Shown here: positions 1-11,776 of the stretch, piece by piece
How positions within the stretch are numbered: the first letter of the stretch is position 1
Layout of the letters: the number at the start of each line of letters is the position of its first letter
Source of the DNA: Octopus sinensis
Taxonomy: Eukaryota
Reading direction: 5' to 3'
Assembly: GCF_006345805.1 (NCBI RefSeq)
Contig: NW_021835154.1
Span: 1 to 41,875, forward strand
DNA length: 41,875 nucleotides
Notes under the pieces: model-generated
The model's input: only the letters and a program-made list of their open reading frames with translations
Database searches by the model: none
What the model was told of the DNA's origin: nothing
Made by a program: the position numbers and the translations under genes

Positions 1-85
1 AAAAAAAAAAAAAAATTGAAAAACTAAGTGGTGAAGGTTGGAGAGGGAAACGAAGATGAGCGGATATAAATTTTTTTGATTATCC

Positions 86-87
86 TT

Positions 88-138
<51 letters not shown>

Positions 139-175
139 CAGCAGTAGCAGCAGCAGCAGCATTAGTAGCAGTAGC
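86..175. repeat. (TAG)n/(CAG)n microsatellite
   Basis: Direct run of tagtagtag grading into cagcagcag. Confidence 0.95.
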
Positions 176-422
176 GCTGGTAACAGTTACTGTGGACACC
201 GACCATCCGTGCTGCGTTTTTAATTATTATTAATTATAGATAGTAGTTAGTTATCAGGTGAAGTGTCAGACAATTACCTGTACTGCGTCACTCTTTGAAG
301 CTGTGACACCTTAGCCGCTTGAGAGGTCAATGCTACCTGGGTACACGCACACATATGTTCGCATGCACACACACACACACACACACGCATACGCTTATAC
401 ATACATGTATAGACACATACAT

Positions 423-467
<45 letters not shown>

Positions 468-534
468 TATATATATATATATAACATACATACACACACA
501 TACACACAGTGGCCTCGGTATACACATACACGTG

Positions 535-746
535 TGAGCTGGCAGAATCGTTAGCACGCCGGGCGAAATGCTGTGTTGTATTTCGTCTGCCGCTACGTTC
601 TGAGTTCAAATTCCGCCGAGGTCGACTTTGTCTTTCATCCTTTCGGGGTCGATAAATTAAGTTCCAGTTACGCACTGGGGTCGATGTAATCCACTTAATC
701 CGTTTGTCTGTCCTTGTTTGTCCTCTCTGTGTTTAGTAAAGAAATA
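535..746 (+). mobile_element. tRNA-derived SINE, family A (head gagctggcagaatcgttagcacgcc), with 18-bp TSD
   Basis: Matches many other copies in the window (ttctgagttcaaattccgccgaggtcgacttt...ggggtcgat); GGTATACACATACACGTG duplicated at 517-534 and 747-764. Confidence 0.9.
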
Positions 747-1532
747 GGTATACACATACACGTGCGCACTCACATTTACACACACACACACATAAGCACA
801 CACACAGACATACACACTCATATACATGCATACATTCCATATTCATTTGGAACTATCTCCGTGGAAACTTCAACGTAGATCCATACATGTTGACTTAGAT
901 TCAGTGCCAACCTGTTATATTATATCGAGAATAGCTGGTACCAACCAATTAAGGAGCAACTTCTTCCAAATCGCTAAAACACAAGAAATAACAGCTAAAT
1001 CTCGCTCAAAACCACACTAAACCGTCTTTGGAAGGAATAATAAATTGGTATTTGCACCGAATTCGAGAAATAAAGCCTTGAAGAAAAAGACCTGTCAGTG
1101 ATGGTAACTATATATCCTTCAAAATAACACCCTTCCAACGTAGGTTCTTCGGTACCCTACAAACTTCCCATAAAAAACCCTAGATCACAACGGAAATGTC
1201 AGTTCAGGAATGAAATAAACTGCACTCCTCACACTACGCATTACACGACCTGTTCAGGCTTTATTGGGTATCTTCAGTTATTGGGTGATCACTTAGAAAG
1301 AGTCTCTCCGTGGTTGCACCATTTGCTTGTAAAATCAACTAAATAGCGTACGAATCGTGTCCAACCATAATATGTAAGAACAAAACACAAGTTTTAATGG
1401 TTTTGTCTGAGATGGAAGGGTAGGTCTCTTGACTATTTTTAGGGGTCTCCAAGACTGGCGGAAGGGATGGAGGAAGGAAGTTATCTACAGATGAGAAATA
1501 TGAACTGAATGCAGACATTTGTTTGGATAACT

Positions 1533-1878
1533 GAAGGCGCATGGCTCAGTGGTTAGAGCGTGGGTTCACAATTATGAGGTAGTGAGTTCGATTCCCAGCC
1601 TGGGCTGTGTGTTGTGTTCTTGAGCAAGACACTTTATTTCATGTTGCTCCACTTCACTCAGCTGTCGAAACGAGTTGCGACGTCACTGGTGCCAAGTTGT
1701 ATCGGCCTTTCCCTTTCCTTTGGATAACATCGGTGGCATGGAGCAGGGAGGCTGGTATGCAAAGATGACGGTTGGTCTTCCATAAACAATCTTACCCGGA
1801 CTTGTGCCTCAGAGGGGAACTTCCTAGGTGTAATCCCATGGTCATTCATTATCAAAGGAGGTCTTTACTTTACTTTTA
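1533..1878 (+). mobile_element. tRNA-derived SINE, family C head with its own tail, ending in (CTTTA)n
   Basis: A-box-like tggctcagtggttagagc, B-box-like gttcgattccc, CORE-like ttgtgttcttgagcaagacact, short tandem tail gtctttactttactttt. Confidence 0.8.
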
Positions 1879-2304
1879 CATTAAAGACAAAGAAAGACCA
1901 CGGGTTGGTGCTAGATAATGTAGACTTACATACCATTAAAAGACGAACAGTCATGGGCAGAATGCTTACGATTGTATGTCCCTTTTTGAATCAGTATTGG
2001 CTTGGGGTCAAACAACAACAATAACAACAACAACATCAACAACAACTATCGCTATCTTTGCAAGTGAATCGCTACATATTAAATCATGCACTTTTGTTGA
2101 CATAAACTAAGGTATATATCTAATAAATTTTAATGAGACAGGCGACCTTCACAAGATATTTATATGAAATAAGTGACCCTCATAACATATTTATAGAGTA
2201 ATGTGAAAACATATTTAATTATTAAAACATTCAAAACGAAACTGAATCATATTTAGATACAGAGTTAAAAACATTATCAATTTTCACAGTGAAATAGCGA
2301 AAGA

Positions 2305-2446
2305 GAACAGACCGGAAGTGGTTGCGTTTTGTCTTTATTGGACACCGTGGCGGAAGTGTCGCCAATTCGTTATTAATGTAAACACACTAATTCCTACATT
2401 TTTGTTAACCTTTGACAAAATAAACTGTACAGTTGCGTAGGTGAGC
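2305..2446 (+). promoter_or_regulatory. Candidate promoter / non-coding first exon with ETS-type motifs and a splice donor
   Basis: GACCGGAAGTGG (about 2310) and GGCGGAAGTG (about 2349) in unique CpG-containing sequence, then TAG|GTGAGC at 2440/2441; inference only. Confidence 0.3.
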
Positions 2447-3355
2447 ACATATTTAATGATTAAAACATTGGAAAGGCAATTATGTTAAAGACATAAACAA
2501 AAAAAAATTTAGAGGGCACCATATGTCGTAGCCCAACCAGCTAGAAATAAGTTATTGCCCCCCCCCCCCAAAGGAAACCAATTCGTGTAAATAATAGATG
2601 AATATAAGGTACTCCTAAGAGACAATAGAGATACATTATGAAAAACCTTGCTTCTCATTGTATACATGTGTCTTAGCGATACTGAGTGAAAGATATGCCA
2701 TTAACATAACTTAATATTATGTTAAAGAGATAAAGAAAAAAAATTATAGGCTCCCCATATGTGGTAGTCCAACCAGCTAGAAATAAGTTATTGCCAAAAA
2801 AAAAAAAAAGAAACATCGAGCAATGTTCACTCTAATATAAAGAAAAAAGATAGAATGGACACAGCCGGATCATCTTTGATCTGCAATGTCGTCTGGCGCT
2901 CACTGCCCTCCACGACTGAAGTCTGTTTTAGTGCCCCTGAGGATTTGGTAGGCAAGAGCGATGACATGCTTGGACAAATTCCAGGCGTCGACGAAAACTG
3001 TTTCGGAGGTCTTTATAATTGGAAACTACTAAGGATAATTTCCAGAAATCTATAACCAAACTGTGTCATCACGGAGCGTTGTTGGTCAAGATAAACTGTA
3101 GACTTACGGAAGTGCTGCTTGGAGAGACCGTCCGAGATTGCACAGGAGAGTACGAAGCAGTGAGGGAGGGAGGGAGTGACTAATGAGCTTGTGGTGAGTG
3201 AGTGAATGAATGAATAAACGAGGTGAGTGAATGAGCGAGAGAGGAGGGGAGTAGGAAAGAGAAAGAAGGAGGCGACAAACTATCTGAGAAAAATTGAGGA
3301 AGACAGACAAGTGAGAGTAGCAGGAAGAAGTAATGAAGAAAAGGAACAGAATAGA

Positions 3356-3357
<2 letters not shown>

Positions 3358-3409
<52 letters not shown>

Positions 3410-3440
3410 CTGTATTCGTCTTTGTTTTTCTACAAATTTC

Positions 3441-3480
<40 letters not shown>

Positions 3481-3552
3481 ATATGTGTATATATATATTG
3501 TATATATGTGTATATATATGTGTGTGTGTATGTATATCTATCTATCTATAAA

Positions 3553-3601
<49 letters not shown>

Positions 3602-3641
3602 ATATATGTATGTGTGTGTGTGTATGTATATCTATCTATCT

Positions 3642-3690
<49 letters not shown>

Positions 3691-3727
3691 TATCAATCTC
3701 TCTCTCTCTCTCTTCTCTCTCTCTCTT

Positions 3728-3770
<43 letters not shown>
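3358..3770. repeat. Compound (TA)n/(CA)n/(TATC)n/(TC)n microsatellite block
   Basis: Direct reading; explains the ORFs 3104-3864 in the track. Confidence 0.95.
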
Positions 3771-3772
<2 letters not shown>

Positions 3773-3804
3773 GAGAGCGAGATGTGGGAGGATGTGAATA
3801 TGAG

Positions 3805-3870
3805 TCAGAAAGTAGGAAGATGGCGAAGTTGAAAAGTCGACCGGAAATTGTGGTTATCAAGTGATGAGAA
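3805..3870 (+). promoter_or_regulatory. Candidate core-promoter segment (YY1-like AAGATGGCG, ETS-like CCGGAAAT)
   Basis: gaagATGGCGaagttgaaaagtcgaCCGGAAATtgtgg; motif match only. Confidence 0.2.
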
Positions 3871-4067
3871 AAGGTTATATTTATTGTTTGAATGGTTTGA
3901 TATGAAATAGAAAATTACAGACGTACACACATACATATGCACAAACACGCACACACACACACACACACTCAGACGCTCACACACGCACACATACACATGC
4001 ACAAACACGCACACACACACACACACATAGTATTGACACATGAACACACAACCACACTCACAAGAAT

Positions 4068-4229
4068 AACAGTAGTAGTAGTAGTAGTAGTAGTAGTAAT
4101 TAGTACTTGTAGTAAATAGGAATGAAAGATGAGGCTGAGAATGATGATGATGATGATGACAGCGATGGTGAAGAAAAAATATCGAAGAAGAAGAAATAAA
4201 GAGAAATAATAATAATAATAATAATAATA

Positions 4230-4264
<35 letters not shown>

Positions 4265-5140
4265 GTAATAATAATATTAATAATAATAAGAATAAGAAGA
4301 AGAAGAAGAAGAAGAAGAAGAGATGGAGAGGAGGAGGGGAAGAGGAGGAAGAGGACTGAATGAAAGTATCAAGAATTTGAAGTAAAAAAAAACCCGGAAA
4401 AGTACAAAGAAAAACCAAGTTGAAAAGGTGGGTGGAGGGTGGTGGTAGAGGGATTTGGTGCCAATGAGGGCGGAGATAAAAAAAATTAATAATTTTGGCT
4501 CGTTTGCGGTGATGGAGGGAAACAGAGAAGCAGAGAGACAGAGAAGCAGAGAGACAGAGAGACAGAGAGACAGAGAGACAGAGAGACAGAGAGACAAGCA
4601 GTGAATGAATGATGGATGTGTGAGAGGAGATGTATATATTAAGACAGTCAAAGGTTAGTTAAGTTGGGTCAAAATAGAAAGTTATGATAGGGAATGAGGT
4701 AAAGATGGAGGATAAAGAGGAGGAAGAGGAGGAGGAGGAAGAAGAAGACATTGAGACGATTGGTAAAGAAGGAGGAGGAGGAGGAGGAGAGAGTAGACAA
4801 AGTTAAAAAGTAAGGATCATCAAGTGAAAGCAAACAGAAAACATAGCCAGGGAAGCCAATGGTGATGACGAAGATGATGACGATGATGATGGCGATGATG
4901 ATGACGATGATGATAGCGATGATGATGATGATGATGGCGATGATGATAACGATGATGATAGCGATGATGATGACGATGATGATGGCGATGATGATGACGA
5001 TGATGATAGCGATGATGATGTTGATGATGATGATGATGATGATAGTAGCGGTGCTAGTAGTGGAGGTGGTGGTTGTTATGATGATAACGACAACGGCGGC
5101 GACGATAATAGCGCTGATTATTAATAAGGATAATTTTTAA
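4068..5140. repeat. Purine-rich low-complexity block: (TAG)n, (GAT)n, (TAA)n, (GAA)n, (GACAGAGA)n, (GAG)n and a 12-nt periodic (GAT)3+variant array
   Basis: Direct reading. Confidence 0.9.
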
Positions 5141-5147
5141 TAATAGC

Positions 5148-5368
5148 CTTTCTAATTTAGGCACAAGGCCAGCAATTTGAGGTGGTGGTGGTAGGGGGAG
5201 GATGTTGACTGATCGATTAAATCGATCTCAGCGCTTCACTGGTACTTCATTATATCGAACTCTGAAAGGAGGAAAGGCAAAGTCGACTTCAGCGGAATTT
5301 GAACTCAGAACATAAAGAACCGGAAGAAACGCCGTTAAGCATTTTGTCCGACGTGATTGTAATTCTAT
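5148..5368 (-). mobile_element. SINE family A copy
   Basis: Reverse complement of A body (aaggcaaagtcgacttcagcggaatttgaactcagaac) and tail (ggcacaaggccagcaattt). Confidence 0.85.
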
Positions 5369-5545
5369 CATAATAACAACAACAACAACAACAACAACAG
5401 GAGCAGCAAAAATAATAATGGTTTCGAATTTTGGGGGAGGGTTTTATCGATTACATCAACCACGATGTTCAAATGAAGCTTTGTTATATCGATCTCGAAA
5501 GGCGAATTTAATCTCGATGAGGTTCTTCATCCTTTTTATTTCTTA

Positions 5546-5690
5546 TTTGTTTCAGTCATTAGACTGCGGCCATGCTGGGGCACCACCTTGAAGAATTTTT
5601 AGTCGAATGAATCGACTCCAGAACTTGTATTTTTTTAAAGTCTAGTATTTATTCTGTCTGTTTCACCAGTTGTCAAGCGGTGGGGGACAC
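5546..5690 (-). mobile_element. SINE family B, 3' part
   Basis: ttgtttcagtcattagactgcggccatgctggggcaccacc matches the B tail seen in the full copies. Confidence 0.8.
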
Positions 5691-6261
5691 ACAGATGCAA
5701 GACATACATACGTATACATACGCACACATACATACATACAACATACACACACACACACACACACGTATATTTACACACACATATATATGAAAGAAAATGT
5801 CAAAGTAGAAAATGCTAAAATAATTTTATAAAAAACATTTCAGTACCGGTTTCAGTCATTAAGACTTTTTCAACTGTAATTATGCAAGAGAATTAAATTT
5901 AGGAAAAATTAAAAGAAAAGTTTTTTAAAAGAATATTTGTATAGTGTTCAAATACAAGTGGCATTTTCCTTGTTTCTGCCTTTCTCTGTCTCTCTTGTTT
6001 ATTCTTGAGATTCGAGGTCATTGGTAGGGAAGAAGAAGGGGGAGGAGGTACTTAAAAGTCCCTGGCTTTAAGTGTGTCACAAAGGGCCTGACTGGAGGCC
6101 TAACCTTCCGAGTTCTTTCACAGGCCTTAGAAAAACTGAAAGACCGCTGCAATAAGTGTGTGAATCTGAGAGAGGAATATGTTGAATAAAATCATAATCA
6201 ACTGATTCACCTGTATTTTCTCTTACCCAAAGCGAGGAATTTTTCAGCAACCCCTCATATA

Positions 6262-6408
6262 TATACAACAGGTTTCTTTCAGTTTCCATCTACCAAATCC
6301 GCTAACAAGGTTTTTTTCTCGACCTGAGGCTATAGTAGAAGTCACTTGCCCAAGGTGCCACGCAGTGGGAATGCATCCGGATCGAGGAGGTTGGGAAGCA
6401 AGCTTCTT
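6262..6408 (-). mobile_element. SINE family B, head part
   Basis: tttcagtttccatctaccaaatcc...cttgcccaaggtgccacgcagtggg. Confidence 0.8.
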
Positions 6409-6934
6409 TTAAGATTCGCTTCGTATTTTTACTTGCGTTTAGCAAAAGAAAAACTGCAAACTTTCATTTCAGCCAGCGACGTCTGATGGCCAACCGATGA
6501 TTGACGGAACCAGCCGGAACTAAACTAAACACAACACCGACGCCAAATACCTACTACTTTCACCAACACACACACACACACATAGAGTTTTCATATTCCT
6601 TCTTGCCCTACCTCTCTTCAAACACCCACACCCACCACTACCACCACTGCTGCCGCCGCCACTACCATATTCTCTTCTCATCTGTATGTTAGCAAATCTT
6701 GTCATAATATAACCGACCACCCAGTCCTTGTCAATGGCCTACAACACATTTCTGCTATGCGGAGTGTCTTACATGGCAAACATTGTTTATATGTTCCAGC
6801 CTGAAAACACAGATTTCATTTCAGACTCGATTTTGTTTTTTAAACTGCAGAAAAGAAAGCAGAGGGGCTTTTAGTTTTCATCTTTTTTTTACATATATTT
6901 TATTCTTTAGTGGGTAAAGGAGGGCTTCAGAACA

Positions 6935-7034
6935 AACATACATACATATACATACTTACATATACATAGGTATATGCATACGTACATCCATACATACGTA
7001 CATACATACATTCATACATTAATACATGCATATA

Positions 7035-7076
<42 letters not shown>

Positions 7077-7419
7077 GATATTATATTATATATATGTATA
7101 TCAACCGATGGTCACTCTCTAATTTATATTATATATATATATTATAATATATATATATATATATATATATCCGCGCACGCACGCACGCACAAACACTCAC
7201 TCACACACATACACACACATACATATACACACACATGCATATAACACGCGCACCTGTAGATCTTTCTATATACATGTATACATATAAACATTATGCATAT
7301 ACGTATATATGCATATAATTATGTCTATGTATGTATGTATGTACGTGTATGAGTATGCATGTATATGTACGTATATGTATGTATATGTGTGTATATATAT
7401 ATATGTGTGTGTATATGTA

Positions 7420-7461
<42 letters not shown>

Positions 7462-7735
7462 TATATGATCGAACGCCACGCTTCTACACAATATATATAT
7501 ATATACACATATACATACATATACGTACATATACATGCATACTCAAACACATACATACATATATACATAATTATATGCATATATAAGTACATGCATAATG
7601 TTTATATGTATACATGTATATAGAAATATCTACAGGTGCGTGTATATATATGCGTGTGTATGTATATGTATGTGTGTGTGTGCATGTGCGTGAGTGTGTG
7701 CGTGCGTGCGTGCGCGCATGTGTCTGTGCGCGGGC
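6935..7735. repeat. Compound (TA)n/(TACA)n/(CA)n/(CGTG)n microsatellite block
   Basis: Direct reading; explains ORFs 7026-7843. Confidence 0.95.
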
Positions 7736-7737
7736 GT

Positions 7738-7875
7738 GTACATGTCTGTGGTTAAGAAACTCGCTTTGCAACCGCATGGCTTCGGGTTCAGTTCCCTTGC
7801 ACAGCAACTTAGGCAAGTATCTTGTGCTATAGCACCGGGTCAACTAATACCTTGTGAAGGAAATTCGTAAATGGT
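7738..7875 (+). mobile_element. Diverged SINE family B head
   Basis: tgtggttaagaaactcgctttgcaaccgcatgg...gggttcagttccc...ttaggcaagtatcttgtgctatagc. Confidence 0.75.
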
Positions 7876-8385
7876 ACACACACACGAATGTACACACACA
7901 CACACACGTACACACACACATACACAATACCTGGCGCTGATACTGTTGATTCTTTGCGGTCTCATAGCGCTCATCAATCAGTCAATGTTCTTGACAGTGT
8001 TTTAACTAAAGCAACTGCGTTAAATCTACCCAGAGTTACCGCTCTTTAGCATTTCTCATTGATAACGACTTAAGTGCTAGAAACCCTGCGTCTGGGAGTC
8101 CGATTGTGAGACAAGACTGGGCAGCTGTCATACTTTTACACATTTTTACACATAACAGAGATTTTTTTTTTCCTCCACGGTAACTCCAGTGAATTTGTCC
8201 TTAGCAGTTGCAATATGTCGCAAAGAGGTTTGTAACTGACCTACATTTCGCATATATATATAATATATATATATATATATTATAGATATATACACACATA
8301 TACTACCACACCCACACACATATATATATATAATATAATACTAGTACATATATCATCCATATATATACTTACATACTATATATAT

Positions 8386-8417
<32 letters not shown>

Positions 8418-8589
8418 AATATATATATATATATTATTATATATATATATATATATATACACATATATATATACATGCATACATACATACATACATACAT
8501 ACATACATACATACATACATACATACATACATACATTCATACCACATACATGCATATATATATATATATATATGTATATATAATGAGGA

Positions 8590-8788
8590 GAATCCACACC
8601 ATGAAAACAAAACAAAAGACGAAGACAGGTGGTGTAGACAACAAAACAGATGTTGTTTAACGTAACGCTCTCGGGAAGTGAAAAAGTCTTCAACGTTTCG
8701 AGCCGACGCTCTTCCACAGAAAGGAATACAACAAGAAACAAGGAGAGAAAATAAAGAATGTGTAGTGGCTAGCGATCTATCATGGCGA

Positions 8789-8790
<2 letters not shown>
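8590..8790 (-). mobile_element. Short repeat, probable Penelope-like element pseudo-LTR remnant with minimal hammerhead-like motif (8688-8723)
   Basis: Near-identical to 18240-18380; minus strand reads CTTT CTGTGGAA GAGC gtcg GCTC GAAA CGTT GAAG; flanked by microsatellites. Confidence 0.55.
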
Positions 8791-8841
<51 letters not shown>

Positions 8842-9559
8842 TATATACATTAGGCTACAATATCTAAATATGTCGAGTAATCACGTAGAAGTTTATTGAT
8901 CGACTCGCAATTATTCAGGATAGATTTTATAAGAGCCAAGCTTTTGTCAAAAGACCGACTTTCGTTACCATATATAAAGCACCAAAGTAATATCTATCCT
9001 GTAATGTATATATATATAATTCAACAAATGCTTAAGGTTGACATAATTCCTGCATTTTCCGTTTGTCTGGTTTTTTTTTCAATCTTTCTCAGCCATCACT
9101 AATAGATATTGATTTAGATTAATATTGAACAGAATTGTATCGCTTCTTTTTACCGAGAAAATTAATAAATAATATTATTCATCGACTTCTCTCTTATCTC
9201 ATATTACAAATGCTACAAATGAATATATTAATATTTGGTGGAAATCAACGAAAGTGACGCGAAACATCGCTCGAGAGTTTGTAAAACAAGGTTTAACTTC
9301 CGAAGATTTACTAAAATTTCTAAATAAAGAATATTTCGTTCGCCCGACAAAAGATCGATATATCTGTTTTTCTATCTTTCTGTATGTGTGTCTGAGTGTG
9401 TGTGTGTGTGTCTGTGTGTGTGAGTGTGTGTGTGTGTGTGTGTGTGTCTGTGTGTGTGCGCGCGTGGGTGTATACGTGTGTACATGTCTGTGGTTAAGAA
9501 ATTAGCTTTGCAACTGCATGGCTTTAGATTCAGTTCCAAACACACACGCGCACATACAT

Positions 9560-9615
<56 letters not shown>

Positions 9616-10212
9616 ACATACACACACACACACACACACATTTTAAAAGAACAGTCGGCGTGCATATCTGTACAAACCAGTGCTCAGCTTCTCCATTTTA
9701 GTTCCCTTGTTAAGGGCTTTTTAAAGCCGAAATATTGAAATATTAGGTTACTGTTTCGCTTTTATTGTCACTTATTTCTTTGCACGTTGCAGTATAGTGG
9801 CTTTCTAACACGCACACACACACACACACATACTCGGGTGTATGTATGTATGTATTAGTTTATTTGTTTGAATTTACACAACCGAAATCAGAGTACCTGT
9901 AGTAAGGTGAAACATTTCCTGATCAGAAGCATTTTGCTTCTTGTATACATTGTAACTCGGAATAGTAAACTGGTTTATCCAATTGTGTTACATCGCTAAA
10001 CTTCCTGGCTATTTAAGCAATGTATTCGTGGATAGTTAATAGGTTAGATGTGGTGAGGAGTTTCATATTGACGAGATAGCAATAATCATCAAGCGACAAA
10101 CTACAACCGCTCTCAACTAACATCTGGAAGGTGTAATAAGCATGACAGCGATGTCTGCATAGAGATCCCATGTATGTGTGTATGTATGTATGTATGTATG
10201 TATGTATGTATG

Positions 10213-10243
<31 letters not shown>

Positions 10244-10721
10244 TCTTCAATCCAATCACCTTCGTTCCGTTTCCAACTCGATCGAAGATAGCGGCCATAT
10301 AGAATCTTTTCACTGTCAGCTAGAATAGACATTTTGGACCAGTATGCAGACTACAGTAACGATGTGTATATCGATAAAGTCAGTATATACCCATTTGGTG
10401 TAACCTAAGGCCATTCTACGCGGGCTAGTTATTAACACCCTACACCAGTGGTCTGCATGTCCGGTCACAGGACCCAGCCTCTGTAGTCTAATTACTTGTA
10501 GGGACACGGTATTTCGTTATGCAACCATAATATGCTACAAAGTATATTAAATGTTTTTATAAGTCAAAACCGTGTTCTACTGTGTTAGCAGTGCTATTAC
10601 ATCACTTGTTAAGGTTGTCTCTACAGATTTTCTTCTCATTGCTGTTGCTTACATCGGGCGCCTCGGACACGAAACGTCGTAACAAAATCAGTTCTGGCCA
10701 TAATTTCTATAGAGAATGTCT

Positions 10722-11184
10722 TTACTCTTTAACTATTTTACTTGTTTCAGTCATTTGACTGTGGCCATGCTGGAGCACCGCCTTTAGTCGAGCAAATTGA
10801 CCCCCAGGACTTATTCTTTGTAAGTCTAGTACTTATTCTATCGGTCTCTTATGCCGAACCGCTAAGTTACGGGGACGTAAACACACCAGCATCGGTCGTC
10901 AAGTGATGTTGGGGAGACTAACACAGACACACAAATATATAGACACACACATACATATATGTCTTCTAATATAACCTCGGGCTGACCAAAGCCTTGTGAG
11001 TGGATTTGGTACATATATACGACGGGCTTCTTTCAGTTTCCGTCTACCAAATCCACTCACAAGGCTTTGGTCGGCCCGAGGCTATAGTAGAAAGCACCTG
11101 CCCAAGGTGCCACGCAGTGGGACTGAACCCGGAACCATCTGGTTGGTAAACAAGCTACTTATCCCCCAGCCACTCCTACGCTTA
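10722..11184 (-). mobile_element. SINE family B, full length, with an internal inverted duplication
   Basis: Full head-CORE-like-microsatellite-tail structure; 10970-11011 is an inverted copy of 11045-11086. Confidence 0.9.
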
Positions 11185-11740
11185 TAATCTTAACAATTCT
11201 GTAGTCTAAGTCTAGCATAGATTCTGGTTGTTTCTCCCCAGCTGTACTTTAAAAAAAAGTATTTAAAAAAACAGATAGACGAAAAACGCCACTCTTTTCC
11301 TCTGCAAGCCGAGGTTTCTTTTACATTTTCAGTTACGGCAGATTACTTTCATATGAACAGTGGTGTGTATCTGAAGAAAAAGTAGACCGGACGCTTATGA
11401 GAAATCCGTGCTTTTCCGTGAGATGTCCCCAATATACTTTTGAAGCAGCTCTATTGCTCGACTACCATTCTTTCTATTTACAATAAGCAATGTTTTTTTT
11501 TGCTTTCGGAATGGAGTTATCTAGCATATGTCATCTTATTGGAATTTTCAGTCTAATCACGATATGGGACGAAGTGTATTTGATATATTGATTTATAAAC
11601 TTTATTGATCAATTATCGACCCATTCATATTTTCTATACGAAAACCGTGTTTATGCATGAGACTAACCAACTGCATTTTACCACGAATCCTTGACCGAGC
11701 ATATTACATTACGTGTATGTATGTATGTGTGTATGTATAA

Positions 11741-11776
<36 letters not shown>

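Noticed and set aside
274-675. 133-aa ORF and similar ORFs throughout the track ([24 protein letters not shown] peptides)
   Set aside because: Translations of microsatellites and SINE bodies; the same peptide fragments recur wherever the repeat recurs
1533-1610. Functional tRNA genes at SINE heads (also 34328-34400 and others)
   Set aside because: A/B boxes are present but no complete cloverleaf or acceptor stem; each continues into a SINE body
2855-3055. 66-aa ORF in unique sequence
   Set aside because: No recognisable domain, purine-rich upstream context with no acceptor, and a length expected by chance
4828-5135. Poly-Asp frame with 12-nt periodicity (DDDG/DDDD/DDDS) reminiscent of acidic biomineral proteins
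   Set aside because: In-frame stop at 4825, no start codon or pyrimidine-rich acceptor, and it lies inside a larger triplet-repeat block
10245-10510. Short coding-like frames on both strands (RIDILDQYADYSNDVYIDK; LADSEKILYGRYLRSSWKRNEGDWIEDY)
   Set aside because: Weak splice signals, no family match, interrupted by (TATG)n
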